Both the position numbers and the translations under genes were made by a program. The notes beneath the pieces were generated by a model. That model ran no database searches and was not told where the DNA came from. It saw nothing but the letters and a program-made list of their open reading frames with translations. A stretch of 37,896 nt of DNA from Actinobacteria bacterium ADurb.Bin346 (GTDB taxonomy: Bacteria; Actinomycetota; Humimicrobiia; Humimicrobiales; Humimicrobiaceae). The stretch is from positions 1 to 37,896 of the forward strand of contig MWAX01000158.1 in NCBI GenBank assembly GCA_002068775.1. The letters run 5' to 3'. Below, one piece after another: positions 1-8,443 of this stretch (position 1 is its first letter; each line of letters opens with the position of its first letter).

Positions 1-264
1 CGGATCCCCTTCCTGTATATTTATAAAATCTCCAAGTATGATTGCGCCTATTTCATTTTTTGTTAGGTTTAAGGCAACCCCATAAGTGCTTTCACCAAAC
101 TTCAGCATTTCACCAGACATTGCATTCTTAAGCCCTTCAATCCTTGCTATTCCATCTCCAGCTTCGATAACCCTGCCAACTTCCTCTACTACTATTTCCT
201 TCTTAAATTTATTAATTTCTGAGCTTAATAACCTGACAATTTCCTCAGATTTAATCTTCAACAC
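1..264 (-). CDS. atpA: F0F1 ATP synthase subunit alpha, N-terminal fragment (gene continues past the left edge)
   Basis: Hand translation of the reverse complement from GTG 264 (or TTG 261) is in frame to base 1. It reads MLKIKSEEIVRLLSSEINKFKKEIVVEEVGRVIEAGDGIARIEGLKNAMSGEMLKFGESTYGVALNLTKNEIGAIILGDFINIQEGDP, which matches the conserved alpha N-terminal barrel. Position after atpH fits. Absent from the ORF track. Confidence 0.9.
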   Translation of the reverse strand, partial: MLKIKSEEIVRLLSSEINKFKKEIVVEEVGRVIEAGDGIARIEGLKNAMSGEMLKFGESTYGVALNLTKNEIGAIILGDFINIQEGDP

Positions 265-577
265 CAAATCTCTCACCTCTAACTTCCAGGGCTTTCAATT
301 TTGACTTCAAGTCTTCAATCCTGTTTTTAACACTCAAGTCAATTATGCTTTCGCCTATTTTAAGGACAAGGCCGCCTATAATATTTTCATCTACAATATT
401 TTTAACTGTTACATCAAGTCCGGTCTTTGCATCAACCTCTTCTTTTATCTTGCCAAGCTGCTCATTATCAAGATAAACTGCACTTATGACGTCTATAGTT
501 TTATGTCCTTTAAAAATTTTATGTCCTTTGAGACTGTTAGTAAACTTGGCAGCTTCCCAGTCGTCACTGTATTGCAT
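251..577 (-). CDS. atpH: F0F1 ATP synthase subunit delta (OSCP family), short form with the C-terminal domain only
   Basis: 108-aa ORF between atpF and atpA. IDVISAVYLDNEQLGKIKEEV...IIGGLVLKIGESIIDLSVKNRIEDLKSKL matches the delta C-terminal domain. 14-nt overlap with the atpA start. The roughly 100 N-terminal residues of a normal delta are missing. Confidence 0.75.
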   Translation of the reverse strand: MQYSDDWEAAKFTNSLKGHKIFKGHKTIDVISAVYLDNEQLGKIKEEVDAKTGLDVTVKNIVDENIIGGLVLKIGESIIDLSVKNRIEDLKSKLKALEVRGERFGVED

Positions 578-675
578 TACAGCCCTTTCTTATCAGCATT
601 TTTTGCATTTCCTATGGCATGTACGGTATTATATTTTTAATAAATCATCCTTTATTTAAGAATACTTAAACCAGT

Positions 676-1194
676 TTAAGAAAAATCGTTTTTTACCTGC
701 TGAAATTCCTTCAGGCTTTCTTCAACCAGTCTCTTATGCTCTTCTTCTGAAAGGTTTTTCATGATAATCTTTTCAGTAGCATTCATTGCTATATCCACAA
801 TCTGGTCCTTGACAGCCTCAACAGACTTCTGTCTTTCAGCTTTTATCTCTTCCAGGCCAGAATCCAGTATTGCTTTTGATTTAGCATTTGCTTTTTTTTC
901 TATTTCGTCCTTTATCTTTCTAGCTTCAGCTTTTCCTTCCTCTATTATATTTTTTGCTTCCGCTTTGGCTAAATCAAGCTGTTTTTTCTGTTCTTCAAGG
1001 TATTGCTGCCCTTCTAACTTTTGCCTGTCTGCATTGTCAATTGATGCTCTTATGTCTTCCTGCCTTTTAGTTATCATCTTGTTTACTGGCTTTAATGCAA
1101 ATTTCCAGAGCACAATAAAAAGTATGATAAATACTATGATGAGCCAGAAGATTGTACTGGTCATGGGATTAATTATTTTGAATATTTCTTCCAA
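676..1194 (-). CDS. atpF: F0F1 ATP synthase subunit b
   Basis: 172 aa with one N-terminal TM helix (IFWLIIVFIILFIVLW) followed by a long charged helical region. Lies between atpE and atpH. Confidence 0.85.
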   Translation of the reverse strand: MEEIFKIINPMTSTIFWLIIVFIILFIVLWKFALKPVNKMITKRQEDIRASIDNADRQKLEGQQYLEEQKKQLDLAKAEAKNIIEEGKAEARKIKDEIEKKANAKSKAILDSGLEEIKAERQKSVEAVKDQIVDIAMNATEKIIMKNLSEEEHKRLVEESLKEFQQVKNDFS

Positions 1195-1259
1195 ATTTTT
1201 ATACCTCTTTTTTTAACTAAAAAGTTATAATTTCAGAACTTATAAAATACCGGAATATC

Positions 1260-2277
<1,018 letters not shown>

Positions 2278-2324
2278 TTGCTGTGTAAGCTAAATTAAAT
2301 CAATACTGTTAATAATTTCTATGA

Positions 2325-2353
2325 ATTATATAACAAAAATATTTATAGTCCAA
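2325..2353 (-). promoter_or_regulatory. candidate sigma70-type promoter of the atp operon
   Basis: In minus sense, TTGGAC (2353-2348), a 17-nt spacer, then TATAAT (2330-2325), about 45 nt upstream of the atpB start. Pattern match only. Confidence 0.4.
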
Positions 2354-2400
2354 TAAAAAATATACCATGAATATCATGCGAAAAGCGCAATAAAATTTAA

Positions 2401-2436
2401 ATATAAAAAGGCGGCGGGATATATTTGCGTGCTGCC
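2401..2436 (-). terminator. weak intrinsic-terminator-like hairpin downstream of the AbiE pair
   Basis: In minus sense, GGCAGC...GCCGCC (one A.C mismatch) followed by TTTTTATAT. The stem is short, hence the low confidence. Confidence 0.25.
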
Positions 2437-2769
2437 AAATTGGTGAATTGTAGCAATTTGTCTACAAATCTATTGCAGTGTCATCCAACAGGAATTGTTT
2501 AATTCCTATATATAAAATTTCTTTTTTATCGTGTCAGAGAATTACATAGTTTATCTAAATAATATTTTCGCTTGATATCCATTGTTACCTCGGTAATATA
2601 TTTTTGCGTATATACGCATCTTATTTCTCTAATTTTAAATGTTTTAAATTTTTTCTTTTACAGCCGTGCATTGTGTTGGGTAAAACAATTTCAATGGTTT
2701 GAAGTAAGTCAGGAAAGGACAGCCATTCCGGTATGTGTGTCATGCTTCAATGAAAAAAGATTATTTGTG

Positions 2770-3624
2770 TTATTCATTACCAAATACCTGGTTTTTATAC
2801 CTTATGTATTCCTCATAATAATTGTTTATATATTCATTAAGAAATGCAGGATTGCTTATTAATGGCAGTAGATCAGATTTGAAGTCTCTTTTATATTTTG
2901 AAATAACTTCTTTTACTTTTAAGTCAAGTATGTTTTGTAATAATGCCATGTTCATTTCTTTTCCGAGCATTTCAGAGAGTCTTTTTATATTAGGTTCAAT
3001 GGATTTTTTTAAAAACCATAAAAGATCAAAATAATCCCTGCCTTTTACTGTTTCGCTATTTTCAGTCCCCGTTAATCTTTCCCTTAATAATATGGCATGC
3101 AGTTTGCCTGACATTAAAGAGGAAAGGTCATAATGCCTTGCAACAAAGTTAAATCCATAAATGGATTTCGAAGTTAGAAGCAAGTCGTAAAACCTCGAAG
3201 AGTTTTTTGAGAAATCCAGTTTAACGTAAAGCATATCGCTTTCGTCCACCCTTGCCAGCCCAAGTTTATGGAGAACAGGAAATTTTAGAATAATCTGGCT
3301 GCCTCTTTGCTTTAAAGCCATGATGATTTTTCGATACTGAAATTGTTTTTTAAAATACACCTCTAAATCATCAATCAATTTGGTAGTATCAATATCACTT
3401 AAATAATCAAAATCTAGATCTTCGGAAAGTCGTGGCAAATCGTAAAAAATGTTCAGGCATGTTCCGCCAGTGAAAACAAGATTCTTATTATATTTCATGT
3501 CGGTATAGATATAATTAAGTGCATATACCTGTAAAAGCTCCTTGAGCTTATTACGGATATAGCTGTTCAAGTAGCCCTTCGCTTTTTCTTCGTTTACTAC
3601 TTTTTCAAGTTCTTTATCTATCAT
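2770..3624 (-). CDS. AbiEii/AbiGii-family nucleotidyltransferase toxin (DUF1814), type IV TA / abortive infection
   Basis: 284 aa with the family signature FTGGTCLNIFYDLPRLSEDLDFD (GG[TS]xL...RxSxDxDF). Sits 6 nt downstream of an AbiEi-like gene. Confidence 0.85.
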   Translation of the reverse strand: MIDKELEKVVNEEKAKGYLNSYIRNKLKELLQVYALNYIYTDMKYNKNLVFTGGTCLNIFYDLPRLSEDLDFDYLSDIDTTKLIDDLEVYFKKQFQYRKIIMALKQRGSQIILKFPVLHKLGLARVDESDMLYVKLDFSKNSSRFYDLLLTSKSIYGFNFVARHYDLSSLMSGKLHAILLRERLTGTENSETVKGRDYFDLLWFLKKSIEPNIKRLSEMLGKEMNMALLQNILDLKVKEVISKYKRDFKSDLLPLISNPAFLNEYINNYYEEYIRYKNQVFGNE

Positions 3625-3630
3625 ATATAC

Positions 3631-4305
3631 TTATTTTAATTTTGTTATAATCTGCGAAAGAAGTCTGTATTTTTTAACCCCGGACATTTCACAATATAAT
3701 TTAAATTCTTTAAAGTCTTTAGATTTAAAACCATCAATATTTAATCTTATCGATTCAAGTATGGCAAGATTTATATTCTGTGTTCTTAAAAATTTCAGAT
3801 ACAGCCAGTCAAATAGAGCTTTAGCTTTTGTAGCCTGTGCTATTTTAAAACCATTATAATCCATAATATCAAACCCTGTAAAAAGGTTTTCTTTAATATT
3901 CCTGTATAAAAATAAGTTCAGGATATTGTTATAAGTTCTGCCGGTTTTATTTGTAATAGATGTTACAGAATATACTGCTTCAGATAAAATACTGTATTTC
4001 TGCAATACATATTCCAGGCTCAAATAAGACGGTGTTCTTAATTTGTTTGCAATAAATTCTATGTAAAGTGACCTGTCATTTACTCTTTCAAAATAATTTG
4101 TGGTTGTATATAATCCTTTCTTTAATTGTATTAAAGTGCCCTCTTTTATCCACCTGTTAATATCAGCTGAGAGGCTTTCGGGTTTAATGTCTATATATTG
4201 TGAGATAGTGCTTTTACCAAAATAGCTCAGATTTTCAAGATTTTTTAACTTACTTACTTGTTTCATAATTGTTATATATTGTATATTAATTTTAGAATAA
4301 GTCAA
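3631..4305 (-). CDS. AbiEi-family antitoxin / transcriptional regulator
   Basis: An N-terminal wHTH-like region ends in LIQLKKGLYTT, the RGLY-type motif of AbiEi. Size and the position immediately upstream of AbiEii fit. The start is uncertain: TTG 4305 in the ORF track, or ATG 4266 (MKQVSKLKNL...). Confidence 0.7.
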   Translation of the reverse strand: MTYSKINIQYITIMKQVSKLKNLENLSYFGKSTISQYIDIKPESLSADINRWIKEGTLIQLKKGLYTTTNYFERVNDRSLYIEFIANKLRTPSYLSLEYVLQKYSILSEAVYSVTSITNKTGRTYNNILNLFLYRNIKENLFTGFDIMDYNGFKIAQATKAKALFDWLYLKFLRTQNINLAILESIRLNIDGFKSKDFKEFKLYCEMSGVKKYRLLSQIITKLK

Positions 4306-4383
4306 TAAAATATAATCTCATTAAGCAATCCTGTTGCGTCATTTAAAACAATTGACTTATAAATAATTTGACAGTATTATCAT

Positions 4384-4407
4384 TTATAACCATTATAATG
4401 TTATAAT
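4384..4407 (+). promoter_or_regulatory. PerR/Fur-type 7-1-7 box overlapping an extended -10 promoter of perR-katA
   Basis: TTATAAC-C-ATTATAA (4384-4398) matches the TTATAATNATTATAA consensus with one mismatch. It is followed directly by TGTTATAAT (4399-4407), that is TGn plus TATAAT, about 40 nt before the perR TTG start. Confidence 0.5.
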
Positions 4408-4447
4408 CTTTATAAATTTATTATGAATATATAAATAGGATTTAAAA

Positions 4448-4864
4448 TTGAATCAGAAAATTGATGAATTCGCCAGAAAACTTGCTGAAAAAAATATTAG
4501 ACCTTCATATCAGAGAATGAAAATTCTGGAGTATCTGATAATTAAAAAAACCCATCCAACTGTTGACAATATATTTAATGACCTGATAAAGGAGCTGCCC
4601 ACTTTGTCAAAAGCAACTGTATACAATACCCTTGATTTGTTAAGAAAAGAAAAATTAGCAAGAGTTGTAGCAATTGAAAATAATGAGACAAGGTATGATG
4701 CCAGGGTTTCAAATCATGGTCATTTCAAATGTGAAACCTGCGGCTCTATATTTGATTTTGAAGTGGATATTGACAGCTTCTTAACTGATTCTCTAAAAAA
4801 TTTTAAGATTAATGAAAAAAATGTTTATTTTAACGGCATTTGTCCTAAATGCCTAAAGCAATGA
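4448..4864 (+). CDS. perR: Fur-family peroxide-responsive repressor (PerR-like)
   Basis: 138 aa with an N-terminal wHTH (RPSYQRMKILEYL), HGHFKCETCG and a C-terminal CPKC (two CxxC Zn-site pairs). Immediately upstream of catalase. TTG start preceded by AGGA. Confidence 0.8.
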   Translation: MNQKIDEFARKLAEKNIRPSYQRMKILEYLIIKKTHPTVDNIFNDLIKELPTLSKATVYNTLDLLRKEKLARVVAIENNETRYDARVSNHGHFKCETCGSIFDFEVDIDSFLTDSLKNFKINEKNVYFNGICPKCLKQ

Positions 4865-4895
4865 TTAATTAATATCATAAAAGGAGGACGAAATA

Positions 4896-6353
4896 ATGGA
4901 CGAAAAAGATAAATTAACAACTGCTGCAGGTGCCCCTGTTGCAAATAATCAGGATTCCTTAACTGCAGGCCCCAGAGGCCCGATGCTGCTTCAGGATGTC
5001 TGGTTTCTTGAAAAGCTTGCTCATTTTGACAGGGAGGTTATACCTGAAAGAAGGATGCACGCAAAAGGATCAGGCGCATTCGGCACTTTTACAGTAACTC
5101 ATGATATTACCAGGTATACCAAAGCAAAGATATTTTCAGAAGTTGGTAAAAAAACCGATGTGTTCGTGCGCTTTTCTACAGTTGCGGGTGAGAGAGGTGC
5201 AGCAGACGCAGAGCGTGATATCAGAGGTTTTGCCATAAAATTTTACACAGAAGAAGGAAACTGGGACCTTGTTGGAAACAATACACCCGTTTTCTTTATA
5301 AGAGACCCTCTTAAATTTCCTGATTTAAATCGAGCCGTAAAGCGTGATCCTTATACCAATATGAGAAGTGCAAAAAACAACTGGGATTTCTGGAGTTCCC
5401 TTCCCGAAGCACTCCACCAGGTGACAATTGTAATGAGTGACAGAGGCATTCCCCTTTCCTATAGATACATACATGGATTTGGAAGCCATACTTTTTCTAT
5501 GATTAATAAAGATAAACAGCGTGTATGGGTCAAGTTTCACATGGTATGTCAGCAGGGAATCAGGAACTTAACAGACGCTGAGGCAGAAGCAATCATATCA
5601 AAAGACAGGGAAAGCCATCAGAAAGACTTGCTTGAAGCTATTGACCGAAAAGAATTTCCTAAGTGGAAGATGTTTATACAGGTCATGAGCCAGGAGCAAG
5701 CAAATAATATGCCCTATAATCCATTCGACCTTACAAAGGTATGGTTTAAGAGAGAATATCCGTTAATTGAAGCCGGGATTATGGAGCTTAATAGGAATCC
5801 TGAAAATTATTTTGCTGATGTAGAGCAGTCAGCATTTAACCCTGCAAATGTTGTGCCAGGTATTGGCTTTTCTCCTGATAAAATGCTTCAGGGAAGGTTA
5901 TTTTCCTATGGTGATGCCCAGCGCTACAGGTTGGGAGTAAACCATCATCAGATTCCGGTTAACGCTCCGAGATGTCCTGTTAACAGTTACCACAGGGATG
6001 GCCAGATGAGGGTCAACAGCAATGCAGGAAGTAAAATCGGATATGAGCCAAACAGCTATTGCAAATGGCTGGAACAGCCGGAATTTGCTGAGCCGGAACT
6101 TCCGCTGTATGGGGATGCTGACAGATGGAATTTCAGGGAAGATGATAGTGATTACTATACTCAGCCAGGTCTTCTATTTAGACTTATGAACCCGGATCAG
6201 CAAAAAGCATTGTTTGAAAATACTGCAAGGTCAATGGGTGATATACCGGAGGAGATTAAATTAAGACATATAGGTAATTGCCTGAAGGCTGACCATAACT
6301 ATGGCAAAGGTATTGCCGATGCGCTTGGCATTTCTTTAAATAAGATAAGATAA
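4896..6353 (+). CDS. katA: monofunctional heme catalase (small-subunit type)
   Basis: 485 aa with [30 protein letters not shown] and [15 protein letters not shown] (proximal Tyr region). Strong AAAGGAGGA RBS. Confidence 0.97.
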   Translation: MDEKDKLTTAAGAPVANNQDSLTAGPRGPMLLQDVWFLEKLAHFDREVIPERRMHAKGSGAFGTFTVTHDITRYTKAKIFSEVGKKTDVFVRFSTVAGERGAADAERDIRGFAIKFYTEEGNWDLVGNNTPVFFIRDPLKFPDLNRAVKRDPYTNMRSAKNNWDFWSSLPEALHQVTIVMSDRGIPLSYRYIHGFGSHTFSMINKDKQRVWVKFHMVCQQGIRNLTDAEAEAIISKDRESHQKDLLEAIDRKEFPKWKMFIQVMSQEQANNMPYNPFDLTKVWFKREYPLIEAGIMELNRNPENYFADVEQSAFNPANVVPGIGFSPDKMLQGRLFSYGDAQRYRLGVNHHQIPVNAPRCPVNSYHRDGQMRVNSNAGSKIGYEPNSYCKWLEQPEFAEPELPLYGDADRWNFREDDSDYYTQPGLLFRLMNPDQQKALFENTARSMGDIPEEIKLRHIGNCLKADHNYGKGIADALGISLNKIR

Positions 6354-6429
6354 ATATCTTAAATTAAGAGATCCTGGCTGTTGGAGTGACAACTCATATA
6401 TCAATGATTAAACCTGAAGTGCGATAACC

Positions 6430-8433
6430 TTATTTAACCACTCTTAAAAACCTTGCATTGATTGCAACAATTATTGTGCTGAGTGACATGAGCGCAGCGC
6501 CAACTGCTGGGCTTAAAAGAATGCCCAAAGAATATAAAACACCGGCTGCCAGTGGTATGGCTATAATATTATAACCGGTTGCCCAGCCAAGATTCTGAAG
6601 CATCTTCCTGTATGTTGCTCTTGACAGGCCAAGAATTGAGACAGCATCCAAAGGATTACTCCTTACAAGTATTATATCGGCGGTTTCAATAGCTACATCA
6701 GTACCTGCTCCGATTGCTATCCCTACATCTGCCTGTGCAAGCGCAGGTGCATCATTTACCCCATCCCCTGTCATAGCGACTATAAGGCCTTTTGACTGAA
6801 CTTCTTTTATTTTGGAAGCCTTATCCTGTGGCAGAACTTCAGCAAAATACTCTTCTATACCAATCTTTTCGGCAACCCATCTGGCAACATCTCTATTATC
6901 TCCTGTAAGCATCATGGGTTTAATATTCATTTCTTTTAATTTTTTAACAGCCTCTTTTGATTCCTCTCTTATAATATCAGCCAGAGCAATGGCACCTTTT
7001 AAAATACCATCTATTAAGACAAATACCACTGTTTTTCCTGCTGGATTTATATCCTTTATTTGTGTACTTTCGAATTTGATATTGTTTTCTCTTAAATATC
7101 CGGGACTTACAACTTTAATATTTTTTCCATTTACCTCTGCTTCGGCGCCTTTTCCTGTTATTGCTTTAAAGTCTTTAACTTCATATTTCTTTTCTGTTGA
7201 TCTGGCAATGGCTTTAGCTATTGGATGCTCGGATTTTGATTCAATTGATGCCGCAAATTCTAACAATTCTTCTTTCTCTATTTCTTTATCAAATATTACA
7301 GTATCAGTAACTCCAAATTCACCCTTTGTCAGGGTGCCTGTTTTATCAAAAATAATAGCATTTATATTCCTTGCCCGCTCAAATGCAGCGCGGTTTCTTA
7401 TTAAAAGTCCATTCTTTGCTGCTATTGCAGTAGAGACTGCAACTACAAGAGGTACGGCAAGGCCCAGCGCATGGGGACATGTTATAACCATTACTGTTAC
7501 AGCTCGCTCAAGAGCAAATACAAAATCCTTATTTATTATGACAAGCCATACAATAAGTGTGATTACACCTGCAGATATGGCAATAATCGTAAGCCAGAAT
7601 GATGCCCTGTTTGCAATATCCTGGGTTCTTGACTTGCTTGACTGTGTTTCTTTAACAAGCTGTATCACACCAGATAAAAAAGATTTCTTTCCGGTATTTG
7701 TAACTTCTACTGTTACTGAGCCCTCACCGTTGATTGAGCCACCGATAACTTTTACTCCGGAAGCTTTTGACACAGGATTTGATTCTCCTGTTAGCATAGA
7801 TTCATCTACAGATGTTTGCCCTTCAATAATTATGCCGTCAGCCGGATACTTTTCTCCGGGTTTTACAAGAATTTTATCACCTGTAACCAGCTCTTCTATT
7901 GCAACATCCTCAATTTTACCTTCCTGCTTTATTCTGTGAGCATGAGAAGGCATGAGCTTTGCAAGCTCTTCAAGCGCTCTTGATGCGCCTGCAACAGATT
8001 TCATCTCAATCCAGTGTCCAAGAAGCATTACATCAATAAGTGTTGCAAGCTCCCAGAAAAATACCATGCCGGAAAGTCCAAAGACAACTGCAGAGCTGTA
8101 TATATAAGCTACAACAATAGCAAGAGCAATAAGAGTCATCATACCCGGTTGCTTTGCTTTTAATTCATTGTAAATTCCTTTTAGAAAAGGCCAGCCGCCA
8201 TAGAAAAATACTGCTGAGGAGAGTGCAAATAAAACATAAGAATCTCCAGTAAAGCGCAAGATATTTTCTAACTTTAAAAAGTTCTGGATAATGGGGGATA
8301 ATAGCAGGATAGGTATAGTTAAAATAGTTGAGACAATAAACCTCTTTTTATAATCTGAAACCATGTGCTTATGGTGATCGGCGTGCATGTCTTTTTCTGA
8401 AATTCTTCCTGCATGACTTTTGTGATTCTCCAT
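6430..8433 (-). CDS. copB: P1B-type heavy-metal ATPase, CPH-motif CopB-like, with His-rich N-terminus
   Basis: 667 aa with TGES, CPH in the TM helix (ITCPHALGLAVP), DKTGTLT, TGDN and GDGVNDAP. The N-terminus MENHKSHAGRISEKDMHADHHKH is His-rich. RBS AGAGG. Starts 10 nt after the upstream ATPase. Confidence 0.9.
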   Translation of the reverse strand: MENHKSHAGRISEKDMHADHHKHMVSDYKKRFIVSTILTIPILLLSPIIQNFLKLENILRFTGDSYVLFALSSAVFFYGGWPFLKGIYNELKAKQPGMMTLIALAIVVAYIYSSAVVFGLSGMVFFWELATLIDVMLLGHWIEMKSVAGASRALEELAKLMPSHAHRIKQEGKIEDVAIEELVTGDKILVKPGEKYPADGIIIEGQTSVDESMLTGESNPVSKASGVKVIGGSINGEGSVTVEVTNTGKKSFLSGVIQLVKETQSSKSRTQDIANRASFWLTIIAISAGVITLIVWLVIINKDFVFALERAVTVMVITCPHALGLAVPLVVAVSTAIAAKNGLLIRNRAAFERARNINAIIFDKTGTLTKGEFGVTDTVIFDKEIEKEELLEFAASIESKSEHPIAKAIARSTEKKYEVKDFKAITGKGAEAEVNGKNIKVVSPGYLRENNIKFESTQIKDINPAGKTVVFVLIDGILKGAIALADIIREESKEAVKKLKEMNIKPMMLTGDNRDVARWVAEKIGIEEYFAEVLPQDKASKIKEVQSKGLIVAMTGDGVNDAPALAQADVGIAIGAGTDVAIETADIILVRSNPLDAVSILGLSRATYRKMLQNLGWATGYNIIAIPLAAGVLYSLGILLSPAVGAALMSLSTIIVAINARFLRVVK

Positions 8434-8443
8434 ATAAAAACCT

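Noticed and set aside
2572-2862. 96-aa plus-strand ORF spanning the AbiEii 3' end and the spacer, and a 40-aa minus-strand ORF starting at 2741 just after AbiEii
   Set aside because: There is no SD. The composition is Phe/Ile/Tyr-rich as expected from AT-rich non-coding DNA, and no motif is recognisable. The 96-aa ORF also overlaps the well-supported AbiEii gene.
6812-7939. 375-aa plus-strand ORF antisense to copB, and similar long antisense or alternative-frame ORFs: 761-1216, 1279-1530, 1508-1822, 8874-9311, 10790-11215, 14155-14580, 16784-17176, 17925-18364, 22134-22616, 23960-24316 and others
   Set aside because: Each lies opposite to, or out of frame with, a gene that has strong family motifs. 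Their translations are low-complexity (Ser/Ile/Phe/Leu-rich) without recognisable motifs or an RBS. They are typical shadow ORFs of AT-rich DNA.
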